54,158 bases of DNA from an uncultured virus (IMG/VR IMGVR_UViG_3300026453_000533) (Duplodnaviria; Heunggongvirae; Uroviricota; Caudoviricetes): positions 62,001 to 116,158 of IMG/VR virus record IMGVR_UViG_3300026453_000533. One strand, 5' to 3'. Made by a program: the position numbers and the translations under genes. Under the pieces are notes generated by a model that had not been told where the DNA came from, made no database searches, and was given only the letters and a program-made list of their open reading frames with translations. Of the stretch, positions 1 through 9,877 are shown piece after piece (positions within the stretch are counted from its first letter, which is position 1; each line of letters begins with the position of its first letter).

Positions 1-1
1 C

Positions 2-244
2 ATAACTGAATATCCAGAACTGAAAGGTAAAGATCCTCAAGTAAGAGCTTTCGAAGGTATTAAAGAAGGTAAATATCCTACAGCAGGTGCAGTATTGCAT
101 AAAGTAGTAGCTGAGGTTGATGAAGGAAGAATTATTGCTGAAGAAAAATTTAATACTTTTCAGTTGGAATTAGATGATTTATTTCGTATATTAAGAGATA
201 GAAGCTTGTATATGTGGTGCAATTTTTTGAGACAAATTTTATAG
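2..244 (+). CDS. PurN-like formyltransferase, C-terminal fragment (candidate preQ1 formyltransferase); 5' truncated by window edge
   Basis: Frame 2 translates as ITEYPELKGKDPQ...AGAVLHKVVAEVDEGRII...QIL*, matching the formyltransferase pattern P.LKG...G..vH.V...vD.G.II; lies close to queF. Confidence 0.75.
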   Translation: MTEYPELKGKDPQVRAFEGIKEGKYPTAGAVLHKVVAEVDEGRIIAEEKFNTFQLELDDLFRILRDRSLYMWCNFLRQIL

Positions 245-392
245 AAAATGAATATAGATAAAGAATTTTATTTAGTAAGAAAAAGTGAAGGTAATTCATT
301 TCAAAGATTAATGATGTTTTTTTTAGATCAAAATAAAAAATATGGTGCTGACTTTGGAATAGCAGGTATGTATAATACATTAAATAGGTTTT

Positions 393-911
393 ATGATAAC
401 AAGAATAGCATTAGTAGGAGCAAGTAGTACAGGTAAGACTACTGTTTATGAACTACTTAAAAATAAATTACCTAAATATGAATTCGTAAACGAATCTACT
501 AGAACTGTTGGTAGTTATGGATTTCCTATCAACGAAGAAGGTACTTGTGCTACTCAGTTAGCTATTAGTAGCTTTCATTTAGAAGCTTTACTTCAACCTT
601 ATAACTTAGTATTAGATAGATGTTATATGGATGTGGTAGTTTATACTAAGTTTATGAAAGGAGTAACTTCACATACTTACAGCTATATAGAAGATACTTG
701 GAATAGGGTAAAAAATGAATATACTCATTATATTTACTTTCCTATTGAATTTGATTCTGTAGATGATGGAGTAAGAAGTATAAGTGAAGAATGGAGAAAA
801 GAAGTAGATGATGAGTTTCAAGCAGTGTTAGAAGGTGTACGTCAGCCTTATCTCACTATAACTGGTTCTCCTATGCAAAGAGTAGAACAAATAATGGAAT
901 TTATAAAATGA
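393..911 (+). CDS. P-loop nucleotide kinase/ATPase (AAA_28, NadR/Ttd14-like)
   Basis: Walker A GASSTGKTT, LVLDRC motif, DDGVR. Confidence 0.75.
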   Translation: MITRIALVGASSTGKTTVYELLKNKLPKYEFVNESTRTVGSYGFPINEEGTCATQLAISSFHLEALLQPYNLVLDRCYMDVVVYTKFMKGVTSHTYSYIEDTWNRVKNEYTHYIYFPIEFDSVDDGVRSISEEWRKEVDDEFQAVLEGVRQPYLTITGSPMQRVEQIMEFIK

Positions 912-1513
912 ATAAATTAGAATCTTCAGAAAAATTATTATTATTTGCAATAATATTTTTTATAACAATATTTGTAACATCAACGTTAAATGCACAGATA
1001 GTAGAAACTGAAACATTTAAAGTAGAGTACGATCAAAAACTACAACAGCCATTATGGGTGGAGTATACTATAACTTGCCCTAACGGTAAGGAATCTAGAC
1101 ATGGAATGGATTTTTGGATTCCGGAAGGTTATGATACATCCGATAATGAGGACTATAAAAACAATATTTGGGATAAAGGACACCTTGCTCCTGCAGCTTC
1201 TTTTAGCTGTACTGAAGAATCCTTACGAAGCACGTTTTCTTACTTTAATTCTGCATTACAGCACGAAGGGTTAAATAGGGGACAGTGGAGTAGATTAGAA
1301 GCATTTGAAAGAGATGCAGCTAAATTTTTTAATACTGATATACATGTAAGAGTGGAGTTAGTATTTACAGACGAGTCAGAAGTATTAAGAACTGGTGCTA
1401 CGGTACCTTCTAGTTTTATTAAGACTATTACTATTGGCGATATTAAACGAAAATTTGTATTTCCTAATAGAGATACAAAAGGAACTAATTGGATTGATTA
1501 TATTAAAGAATAA
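908..1513 (+). CDS. DNA/RNA non-specific endonuclease (NucA/EndA-like) with N-terminal signal/TM segment
   Basis: DKGHLAPAA, QH..LNRGQW..LE, VPS.F.K motifs; hydrophobic N-terminus. Confidence 0.85.
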   Translation: MNKLESSEKLLLFAIIFFITIFVTSTLNAQIVETETFKVEYDQKLQQPLWVEYTITCPNGKESRHGMDFWIPEGYDTSDNEDYKNNIWDKGHLAPAASFSCTEESLRSTFSYFNSALQHEGLNRGQWSRLEAFERDAAKFFNTDIHVRVELVFTDESEVLRTGATVPSSFIKTITIGDIKRKFVFPNRDTKGTNWIDYIKE

Positions 1514-1518
1514 AAAAA

Positions 1519-2430
1519 ATGGCAGAAGTTAAAAATTATCAAGAAGTAGTAGACATAGCGTCTAAACATTTAGGAAAAGTAGGAGGAGACGGGTATAAAG
1601 ATACCTACGCTCCAGAATTATTAGTTAAAGTACCTCGATACTTAAATAGAGAAGGTTACGGTTTGACAGATAAAGACTTTGTTGGAGTAGATACCTGGAA
1701 CTGTTACGAAGTTTCGGCTATTACTAGTAAAGGATTACCTGTAGCAGGTATGTTAAAAATAGTATGCCCTTCAGATTCTGAATATCACGTGGAATCTAAA
1801 TCTATTAAGCTATATTTAAATTCTTTTAATATGACTAGATTAGGAGATACAGCTGTAGAATGTATTTTAGAGATTGAGGGAAGGGTAAAAGCTGATTTAG
1901 ATAAGTTACTTGAAACTAATACTACTGTGAGTTTTTACACTGATTTAGATGATGGCAAAGAATTATCTTTTGAAGGATATACAGATTTAGGTGATATAGT
2001 AGATTTAGATGAAATAGACTTTACCGCATTTAAATCAGATTCAGATCAACTAACAGTTGAAGATAACTCAGACGATCCTATCGAGGTTAAGTTAAAATCA
2101 AATTTACTTAGATCTAACTGTAGGGTTACTAATCAACCAGATTGGGGAGATGTATTTATAAGAATTAACGGTAGAGATGTACCTGATGTAGCTTCGTTAG
2201 CTAAGTATATTGTATCTCATAGAACGGTAAGCCATTTTCATGAGGAAATATGTGAAATGGTATTTAAGCATTTAATGGATGCGTATAAACCTGATGATTT
2301 AATGGTTGCTTGTCTATATACTAGAAGAGGTGGTTTAGATATTAATCCTATTAGAGCTACCCATTCGAGATTTATACCAGATTTCTTTACAGACACAGAT
2401 TTTAGAATTTCTAAAACTCTTAGACAGTAA
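1519..2430 (+). CDS. queF: NADPH-dependent 7-cyano-7-deazaguanine reductase, bimodular type
   Basis: DTWNCYE, ESKSIKLYLNS, RSNCRVTNQPDWG, FHEEICE, YTRRGGLDINP. Confidence 0.93.
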   Translation: MAEVKNYQEVVDIASKHLGKVGGDGYKDTYAPELLVKVPRYLNREGYGLTDKDFVGVDTWNCYEVSAITSKGLPVAGMLKIVCPSDSEYHVESKSIKLYLNSFNMTRLGDTAVECILEIEGRVKADLDKLLETNTTVSFYTDLDDGKELSFEGYTDLGDIVDLDEIDFTAFKSDSDQLTVEDNSDDPIEVKLKSNLLRSNCRVTNQPDWGDVFIRINGRDVPDVASLAKYIVSHRTVSHFHEEICEMVFKHLMDAYKPDDLMVACLYTRRGGLDINPIRATHSRFIPDFFTDTDFRISKTLRQ

Positions 2431-2639
2431 TGATAAAAGAACAAGCTTCAGTATCCTTATACGATCATTTAGGATATGCAGCAGGTATAAAGCTTGGAGA
2501 AGAAGTTTATAAAGCTGCTAAATCAGCAAAAGAACCTGTAAATACTAGGTTCGTAAGCAATAAAGCTTATAAAGGTAAAGTAATGTTGTATAGAGAAGAA
2601 TTTTTAAAAGAATATTTTAATGGCAAAAGAAGCAATTGA
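2430..2639 (+). CDS. hypothetical phage protein
   Basis: 69 aa ORF coupled to queF stop (TAATG). Confidence 0.6.
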   Translation: MIKEQASVSLYDHLGYAAGIKLGEEVYKAAKSAKEPVNTRFVSNKAYKGKVMLYREEFLKEYFNGKRSN

Positions 2640-2892
2640 AACATTAATAGAAGAAGAAAACGAACTCATTGCCTTGAGGGTACCACCGGGAGACAATTGG
2701 GAACTAGTTATCGATGAAGGCTCTACTATAGAAGGTTTAGTAATGGCATTAACAATGTATATGAGAAAAACTAAATTTAAAGGAGAATACAGATTAGCTC
2801 CCTTGGCTGGAAAGTTATATGCTGTTAAGAAGCACGAAATAGAGGTAGAACCTGAAGAACCCATGAAGTTCGATTTATATGGCGAATACTAA
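2620..2892 (+). CDS. hypothetical protein
   Basis: 90 aa ORF in the operon. Confidence 0.6.
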   Translation: MAKEAIETLIEEENELIALRVPPGDNWELVIDEGSTIEGLVMALTMYMRKTKFKGEYRLAPLAGKLYAVKKHEIEVEPEEPMKFDLYGEY

Positions 2893-3049
2893 ATGGTGGC
2901 GACTTTGGGCAAAAGCGTTAGGAGAGAAAGTAGGAGATAATAAAGAGGCGGATAAGATTGCTTGGTTTAGAACATTTATAGTTATTCAAGCAGTCTTAAC
3001 TAACCTTTTTATAGTAATTAACATACTAATTAGTTGGTTTTCTGCATAA
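2879..3049 (+). CDS. small membrane protein (MANTKWWRLWAKALGEK...), not in ORF track
   Basis: 56 aa, translated by hand; C-terminal TM helix; resembles a common small myovirus family. Confidence 0.55.
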   Translation: MANTKWWRLWAKALGEKVGDNKEADKIAWFRTFIVIQAVLTNLFIVINILISWFSA

Positions 3050-3094
3050 TATTTCTTATATTTAGATATAAATAATTGGGAAAATAAAGGTTAT

Positions 3095-3682
3095 ATGATT
3101 AAAGAATTATCAATTGAAGTAGCAGATGCACAAGCAAAAAATGCTTATGAAGATAAGAAACGTGCATCTAGACTTTATAGCGAAAGTCTAAAATACGACC
3201 CCATACATTGGAGGTATATCAGTCCAAAAGAACTAGCTGATAACCCAGAAAAATTTATAAAATTTTATAATAGATTTGAAGAAAAGGTAGGTACTAAAAC
3301 TCCTATTGTTTATATCTTTGAAGCAGCAGATAAACTTACAAGAGAAGATATTGAAAATCATTCTGTAATTAAAAAAGGATTTGGTACTACTCCTGGTTTA
3401 AGAATTAACCATTCAGTAGCCGATGTAATGTATATTGGTTCTAAATTAGGTAACGGACAGCAGAGAATAGGTCAACATTTGATTGGTAGAAATGTATATA
3501 AATCTACTAATACTTTAGGAATTGAAGCCCAGAATACTTGTTTAAAACTTTCAAAATGGTATAGCGGTAGAGTACATTTAACCGTAATCCCTTTATCTGG
3601 TTGTGGAAAAGCAGGAATAAATCATATTGAAGCAGAATTAAAGAATATAAACACGTTTATGTTTGGTAGAAAAGAAAATTAA
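3095..3682 (+). CDS. GIY-YIG-like nuclease (putative)
   Basis: IVYIF...MYIGS...QRIGQH...EAEL pattern; has its own promoter at 3034. Confidence 0.45.
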   Translation: MIKELSIEVADAQAKNAYEDKKRASRLYSESLKYDPIHWRYISPKELADNPEKFIKFYNRFEEKVGTKTPIVYIFEAADKLTREDIENHSVIKKGFGTTPGLRINHSVADVMYIGSKLGNGQQRIGQHLIGRNVYKSTNTLGIEAQNTCLKLSKWYSGRVHLTVIPLSGCGKAGINHIEAELKNINTFMFGRKEN

Positions 3683-3708
3683 TCGTATATTAATATAAAA
3701 CAAAGGTT

Positions 3709-4005
3709 ATGTCAAAAGCAGTAAATCATTATCAAGAGTGGCCGTTAGAAGAATGCCGCCTCTATTTTAAACGGTATTTTACGTTACTAAAAACTAAAGA
3801 TATCAAAACAGTTCGAGCATTGATTGCAGAAGAGTTTGGAAGAACTATAAGTGCTATCGGGTTCAAAGAGAGAGAAGTCATAGGAGTTCTAACTGGAGGA
3901 GAAGAAGGAATTTACACATATGGAGACAATATGGTAAAGGCAACTAACGAAGCTCTAGAAGAATCAGGAATGTCAATTAACGTATTTAGAATGAAATTTG
4001 AGTAA
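3709..4005 (+). CDS. hypothetical protein
   Basis: 98 aa ORF after promoter at 3663 and AAAGGTT-ATG leader. Confidence 0.65.
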   Translation: MSKAVNHYQEWPLEECRLYFKRYFTLLKTKDIKTVRALIAEEFGRTISAIGFKEREVIGVLTGGEEGIYTYGDNMVKATNEALEESGMSINVFRMKFE

Positions 4006-4008
4006 TAT

Positions 4009-6420
4009 ATGAAATTAGAAAAAAAGTATTATACGGTTCAAGATGAGGAAACTTTAATGCTACTCCATCAGCATATCTTAGATTCAGATGTAATTGCAGT
4101 CGATACTGAAACTACTGGATTGAATCCTCGTAAAGATAAAATAATTGGTTGGTCTGTATCCGGAGATGAAGGTATAGGTTTCTACCTACCTACTTTAGTA
4201 TTTGATTACGAAAGAGATGAATTAGTACTTCAAGAGATTAACGATCAATCGACAGAGGTTATATCTAAAAACTTACTTAAACTTCTTATAGGAAAGAAAT
4301 TAGTATTTCATAATGCTTCCTTTGACGTTCAGTTTATTAAGAATTACTTTGATGTAGACTTACTTCCTTCGGTATGGGTGGATACAGGTTTACTAGTTCA
4401 TACGGTATACGAAGAAGGAGCATTTGGGTTTGGTAATCCTTTTGGATTAAAATCTATTGCTATAATGAATCAAGAAGCTTTAGGTTTAGATGTAGAAAAA
4501 GCAGCTAACGAAGAGCAAATAGAACTTAAAGAGAGTATTAAAAGTAACGGAGGATCAGTTACCAAGGATAGCTTTCAGATATATAAAGCAGATTTAGAAA
4601 TACTATCTAAGTATGCATCTGCAGATACCGATTTAACTTTACGTATATGTAATCTATACTTAGGTAAACTAAAAGATGAAGGATTATGGGATTTCTTTTT
4701 TGAAGAAGAGGTAATGCCTATATACAGAGAAGTAACAGTTCCTATGGAAGCATACGGAGTTGATTTAGATATGGAACTACTAGAAAAGATCCATAATGAA
4801 ATAGTAGAAGATCAGAAAAAGAATAAAGAGATTGTAATGAAATCTCTGATTGCTATTCCTGAAGTAAAGGAGTGGATAGTTGCTACAGCTATGACTAACT
4901 ATCCAGTATCTCACAAAGGTAACTGGGCTCAAAACCTAATCCAGCGATATTCTATTGCACTACCGAAAAGTGAAAAGACAGGTAAGTACTCCCTTACTCA
5001 AAAGAACATTGAAGCGTATGAACCTTCTAATGAAAAAGAGGAAGCAGTCAAGCAATTCCTGATAACCGGAGACGAATCCCTTCTAGAGGATGTTGAAAAA
5101 GCACGTATTTCTATGTCAATGTGGAAAGAGTCTAATGATGGAGATTATATTAACATTCAGTCTAAGAAACACTTGGGTGAAATAGTCTTCGGTTATATGG
5201 GAATTGAACCTAAAGTAGCAGGTGCTAATACTAAATCTGGTAGAGCTAAGTTTGATATGGATATGGTAAAAACCTTAGCAAAAGAGTATCCTTGGGCTGA
5301 GAATTTACGTATCTACAATAAACTTTTAAAGATTAAATCTACCTATGTAGATAGATTTAGAGACCGTCATGAGGACGGTAGATACTACTTCTACTTTAAG
5401 CAGAACGGTACAGTATCAGGCAGATACGGTTCAGATGCTCAGCAACTACCTAAACCTCTAGAAGATGGAGAAGATGCTCCAGTTATTATGAAGTACGTAA
5501 ATATAGTACGTGCTTTCTTAACTGCAGGAAAAGGTAGGAAAGTAATCGATGCTGATTACGAATCTTTGGAGCCTCATTGCTTTGCATCTGTAACTGGAGA
5601 TGTTGCTTTGCAAGAAATCTTTAATAAAGGTTGGGACTTCTATTCCACTGTTGCTATAAAGACTGAAAAATTAGAGGATCAAAAAAGCAGATTTCCGAAT
5701 GGAGTATCCGCAGATAAAAAAGCAGATAACTACCTCAAGAAATTAGATGCACCAGCACGTAATAAGGCTAAAGCTTATTCGTTAGGAATTGCATACGGTA
5801 TGGAAGCTTATGCATTAAAAATGACCTTAGGTGTTGATCAAAAAACTGCTGAAAGTCTTGTAAAAGGTTACTTAGATGGTTTTCCTCAACTTAAAGAGTG
5901 GCGAGAAGAATCTAGACGTCAAGTAAAAGATTACGGTTACATAAAAAACTACGTAGGTAGAGTAAGGCATTTACCTAAAGTTAAAAATCTCTTTGAAAAA
6001 GTAGGAGACAGAATGATGGATTGGAGATTTAGAAAGCAGCTCGAGACTCAGCTATCTCCTAAATACGTAAAGAAGAACGGTGAAATAGTAAAAACGATAT
6101 CACCTAGAGACCAGGTTACTCAAGCTTATAGAGATTACCGTAATGGGTTAAATAACTGTCTTAATTTTCAATTACAGTCTTTAGCAGCAGCTGTAGTGAA
6201 TAGAGCAGCTTTAGTAATAAATCGAAAAGCTAAGGAGATGGGTATTGATGCTTGTGTGCAGGCACAGGTACATGATCAATTAATTATAAACGTTAAAGAA
6301 GATCAAGCAGCAATATTTGCACCTGTAGTACAGGAAATAATGGAGAATACTACTAAGTTACCTGGAGTAACTCTTAAAGCTCCTCCTGAAATAGCAGACA
6401 ACTGGAAAGAAGGACATTAA
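4009..6420 (+). CDS. polA: DNA polymerase family A (3'-5' exonuclease + polymerase; no 5'-3' exonuclease)
   Basis: DTETTG, FHNASFD, YASAD exo motifs; TVSGR, DYESLE, RNKAKAYSLGIAYG, QVHDQ polymerase motifs. Confidence 0.96.
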   Translation: MKLEKKYYTVQDEETLMLLHQHILDSDVIAVDTETTGLNPRKDKIIGWSVSGDEGIGFYLPTLVFDYERDELVLQEINDQSTEVISKNLLKLLIGKKLVFHNASFDVQFIKNYFDVDLLPSVWVDTGLLVHTVYEEGAFGFGNPFGLKSIAIMNQEALGLDVEKAANEEQIELKESIKSNGGSVTKDSFQIYKADLEILSKYASADTDLTLRICNLYLGKLKDEGLWDFFFEEEVMPIYREVTVPMEAYGVDLDMELLEKIHNEIVEDQKKNKEIVMKSLIAIPEVKEWIVATAMTNYPVSHKGNWAQNLIQRYSIALPKSEKTGKYSLTQKNIEAYEPSNEKEEAVKQFLITGDESLLEDVEKARISMSMWKESNDGDYINIQSKKHLGEIVFGYMGIEPKVAGANTKSGRAKFDMDMVKTLAKEYPWAENLRIYNKLLKIKSTYVDRFRDRHEDGRYYFYFKQNGTVSGRYGSDAQQLPKPLEDGEDAPVIMKYVNIVRAFLTAGKGRKVIDADYESLEPHCFASVTGDVALQEIFNKGWDFYSTVAIKTEKLEDQKSRFPNGVSADKKADNYLKKLDAPARNKAKAYSLGIAYGMEAYALKMTLGVDQKTAESLVKGYLDGFPQLKEWREESRRQVKDYGYIKNYVGRVRHLPKVKNLFEKVGDRMMDWRFRKQLETQLSPKYVKKNGEIVKTISPRDQVTQAYRDYRNGLNNCLNFQLQSLAAAVVNRAALVINRKAKEMGIDACVQAQVHDQLIINVKEDQAAIFAPVVQEIMENTTKLPGVTLKAPPEIADNWKEGH

Positions 6421-6421
6421 T

Positions 6422-6847
6422 ATGGAAGAAAACGATTTTAAAATAGGAGTAATAGCAGGGTGTTTTGATGTAATTCACCCTGGGTATGTCAGGATGTTTA
6501 AAGAAATAAGTAAAAATTGTTCGGATTTATTTATTTTACTGCATGAAGATCCAACCATTGAACGTCCGGAAAAGTATAAACCTGTTCTTTCAGTACAGGA
6601 AAGGAGAGAAATTTTAAGTCAAATGTTTTATTATTCTTTTCCTACTATATTAACGTATACAACAGAAGAAGAATTACACTTCCTTTTAAAAAGTATAGAC
6701 CCAGACGTTAGATTTTTAGGAGACGATTACACAGGGAGGGAATACACAGGTAAGGAATTAGGTATTCCAGTACATTGGATAGAAAGAAACCACGACTGGT
6801 CATCATCTAAGTATAAACAATTAATAACTGAGTCACTATGCAAGTAG
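6422..6847 (+). CDS. cytidylyltransferase (TagD/RfaE-like HIGH family)
   Basis: GCFDVIHPGY, ERREIL, LGDDY, WSSS. Confidence 0.85.
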   Translation: MEENDFKIGVIAGCFDVIHPGYVRMFKEISKNCSDLFILLHEDPTIERPEKYKPVLSVQERREILSQMFYYSFPTILTYTTEEELHFLLKSIDPDVRFLGDDYTGREYTGKELGIPVHWIERNHDWSSSKYKQLITESLCK

Positions 6848-7224
6848 AAGTATCAAACGGAGAGTTACTAGATAAACTTTCTATATTAGAAATTAAGTTA
6901 AATAAAATTGAAGATAAAGAAAAATTAGCTAATGTACAAAAAGAGTTCGATACACTTAATCCACTAGCTAAAGAGTTATTCGAAAATTATGAAGGTGATC
7001 TCCAAAACCACTATTTAGAACTTTCTAACATAAATGGGCAACTTTGGGATATAGAAGATTGGATAAGGGATTGTGAAAAACGTAAAGACTTCGGTAACGA
7101 GTTTATACAGTTAGCTAGATCAGTTTATGTTACTAACGATAGAAGAAGTGAAGTCAAAAAAATTATTAATACAATAACAGGTTCAGAATTAGTAGAAGAG
7201 AAATCTTACGATGAGTACCAGTAA
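6838..7224 (+). CDS. DUF6165-like protein
   Basis: GELLDKLSILEIK...LWDIED.IR...ARSVY.TND.R...VEEKSY. Confidence 0.75.
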   Translation: MQVEVSNGELLDKLSILEIKLNKIEDKEKLANVQKEFDTLNPLAKELFENYEGDLQNHYLELSNINGQLWDIEDWIRDCEKRKDFGNEFIQLARSVYVTNDRRSEVKKIINTITGSELVEEKSYDEYQ

Positions 7225-7259
7225 AGTTATTTTTAACATATTTATAATAAAGAAAAACG

Positions 7260-7751
7260 ACCCCAGAGCGTTTTTAATTTTTTAATAACCGATGACCTTA
7301 GGGCATCATAAATTCAAATGATATGAGTACATTATTTTTAGAACGAAATCCGTTCGACATTTTAGTAAGGAATTTTTTCCAAGAAGCAGGAGCATATAAG
7401 CCTCTTGCAGAATCCAAATTACCCCACCCTTTAGATATTTACGAAAGAGACAATGGTTTAGGCATTGATATTGCCTGCACTGGTATTTCTAAAGAAGATA
7501 TCGAAATTCTTATCGAGGGTAATATAATCAGAGTAAATTACGAAAGACCAAAAGCTGAATTAGACGATGTCTATATCCATAAGGGTATTGCCAAACGATC
7601 ATTCAACTTAGGTTGGAAAATTGATAGTAAGTTTAACTTAAGTAAGGCAACAGCTGACTTTAAAAATGGACTATTACAAATTGTTATACCTTATGCTAAA
7701 GGTTTAGAGCCAAAAACTTTAAAAATTAGCTAAATCTTTCTGCTCTGGGGT
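7260..7751. repeat. 10-bp GC-rich inverted repeat enclosing hsp20 (ACCCCAGAGC 7260-7269 / GCTCTGGGGT 7742-7751)
   Basis: Exact reverse complements read directly; extends to 12 bp with G-T pairs. Confidence 0.8.
7323..7733 (+). CDS. small heat shock protein (Hsp20)
   Basis: YIHKGIAKRSF, A.FKNGLLQI..P alpha-crystallin motifs. Confidence 0.92.
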   Translation: MSTLFLERNPFDILVRNFFQEAGAYKPLAESKLPHPLDIYERDNGLGIDIACTGISKEDIEILIEGNIIRVNYERPKAELDDVYIHKGIAKRSFNLGWKIDSKFNLSKATADFKNGLLQIVIPYAKGLEPKTLKIS

Positions 7752-7807
7752 TGGATTTTCGATTATTTAATCGTATATTATAATTAATACTAAATAAAAA
7801 AGTTTAT

Positions 7808-8116
7808 ATGTCAAAAAGTTTATTACCATCTAACGATCGGCTATTGATTAAGCCAATAGATGAAGGAGAACAAACATACGGGAATATAGTTATTCCTGAT
7901 ATGGGAAAAGAAAAGCCCGAAATGGGAGAAGTTATTGCTGCCGGTAAAGGTAGAATGTCTGAGTTCGGACAATTTATTCCCGTTCATCATAAAAAAGGAG
8001 ATATTGTACTTGTACCTAAAATTGGTACCCTAAGGATAGATTTCGAAGGAGAAGAGTACTATATAGCACAAGACAGAGAAGTATTAGCAGTTGTAAAAAA
8101 ATCAGAGAATGAGTAA
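7808..8116 (+). CDS. groES: co-chaperonin GroES
   Basis: P..DRLLIK, GNIVIPD..KEKP..GEVIAAG.G, GDIVL. Confidence 0.95.
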   Translation: MSKSLLPSNDRLLIKPIDEGEQTYGNIVIPDMGKEKPEMGEVIAAGKGRMSEFGQFIPVHHKKGDIVLVPKIGTLRIDFEGEEYYIAQDREVLAVVKKSENE

Positions 8117-9746
8117 AAAAATTGTATTTTCAAAAGAAGCTAGGAATGAACTAGCATTAGGAGTAAGTAAATTAGCAGATGCTGTAACTGCAACTTTAGG
8201 ACCATCAGGAAGAAATGTTATAATTGAACAGTCAATGGGAAATCCTGTTTCGACTAAAGATGGTGTAACAGTAGCAAAATCAATTGAGTTAGAAGATAGA
8301 GTAGAAAATATTGGAGCTCAAATTGTTAAACAAGCAGCTATTAAAACTGCCGAACAAGCAGGGGATGGTACTACCACATCTACACTATTAGCTCAATCTA
8401 TTTTATCAGAAGGATTAGAAAGGATTAAAAAAGGTTCTAATGCAGTAGATATTAAAAGAGGTATCGATAGAGCAGTTAAAGATGCTGTTGATTATATAGT
8501 AGAGAAAAGTAAAGATATAACGGATGAAGAACAGCTTACACAAGTCGCAACGATTTCAGCTAATAACGATACGGAAATTGGTGAGTTGATTTCTACTGCC
8601 ATGGATAAAGTTGGGACAGATGGTGTTGTTACAGTCGAAGAATCTAAAACTGGAGAAACATATTTGGAAACTGTTGAAGGTATGCAATTCAGCAGAGGTT
8701 ATAAGTCTCCATACTTCGTTACTGATAACGCCACAATGACAGCTGTTCTTCAAAATCCGTTTATTTTAATTACGGATAAAAGATTAAACACAGTTAAAGA
8801 GCTACTTCCTATATTAGAAGCAGTTTCTTCTGCAGGCAAGTCACTATTAGTTATTGCTGATGATATCGACGGAGAGGCGTTGTCTACTATGGTAGTTAAT
8901 AAGATGAGAGGTATTCTTCCTGTTGCATGTGTGAAAGCACCAGACTTTGGTGATAGAAAAAAAGCAATGTTAGACGATATTGCTACACTTACAGGAGGTC
9001 AAGTTGTTTCTCAAGAAAAAGGAATGAGATTAGATAAGTTTAATATCGAATGGTTAGGTAAAGCTGCAAAAGTAACAGTTACCAAAGATACAACTACTAT
9101 TATAGATGCTGCAGGAGATGAAGAAGCTATCAATAATAGAGTAGACGATATTAAAAACTTAATAGAAGAAACTACTTCACCTTATGAAAAAGAAACTTTA
9201 CAAGACCGATTAGCTAAATTCCTAGGAGGAGTAGCGATGGTACATGTAGGAGGATTTACTGAAGTAGAAATGAAAGAAAAGAAAGATAGAGTTGATGATG
9301 CTCTTCATGCTACAAAAGCAGCGTTAGAAGAAGGAATTCTTCCTGGAGGAGGAATAGCATTATTAAATGCAGCTTTAGCTTTAGCTTCTAAGATCGGTAA
9401 TATAGATCAAGAACTACAAACAGGTTACGATATAGTTATTAGTGCTATTGAAAGACCGTTTTATAAAATATTAGAAAACGCTGGATTTGACCAAGAGTTT
9501 ATAGGTACCTTAGAACAGTCAATTAAAGAAACTGGGGAATACTGGTCCGGTTATAATCCTAGAACTGAAAGCATAGTTAATATGTTTAACGAAGGAATTA
9601 TTGATCCAACCAAAGTTACTAGGTTAGCATTAGAAAATGCAGCATCAGTATCTGGTACAATGCTGCTTACAGAAGCAGTAGTTTCTAATATAAAAGAAGA
9701 CAAACCCGAAGGAGGAGTAGATCCAATGTCAATGATGGGAATGTAA
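8109..9746 (+). CDS. groEL: chaperonin GroEL
   Basis: [33 protein letters not shown], Gly/Met tail. Confidence 0.98.
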   Translation: MSKKIVFSKEARNELALGVSKLADAVTATLGPSGRNVIIEQSMGNPVSTKDGVTVAKSIELEDRVENIGAQIVKQAAIKTAEQAGDGTTTSTLLAQSILSEGLERIKKGSNAVDIKRGIDRAVKDAVDYIVEKSKDITDEEQLTQVATISANNDTEIGELISTAMDKVGTDGVVTVEESKTGETYLETVEGMQFSRGYKSPYFVTDNATMTAVLQNPFILITDKRLNTVKELLPILEAVSSAGKSLLVIADDIDGEALSTMVVNKMRGILPVACVKAPDFGDRKKAMLDDIATLTGGQVVSQEKGMRLDKFNIEWLGKAAKVTVTKDTTTIIDAAGDEEAINNRVDDIKNLIEETTSPYEKETLQDRLAKFLGGVAMVHVGGFTEVEMKEKKDRVDDALHATKAALEEGILPGGGIALLNAALALASKIGNIDQELQTGYDIVISAIERPFYKILENAGFDQEFIGTLEQSIKETGEYWSGYNPRTESIVNMFNEGIIDPTKVTRLALENAASVSGTMLLTEAVVSNIKEDKPEGGVDPMSMMGM

Positions 9747-9877
9747 TGTCAGAAATTAAAGTAAGAGAATTTTTAAACGAGTACGGTCTTTATGATAAAT
9801 GGACATATAAGGGAAATAGACTTATAAGGACCGAATTCAGATACCCTAAAATTAAATTAAACAAAAATAGAATTATT

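Noticed and set aside
4009..6420. Intein or intron in polA
   Set aside because: Continuous ORF of normal length; no intein splice or LAGLIDADG motifs seen
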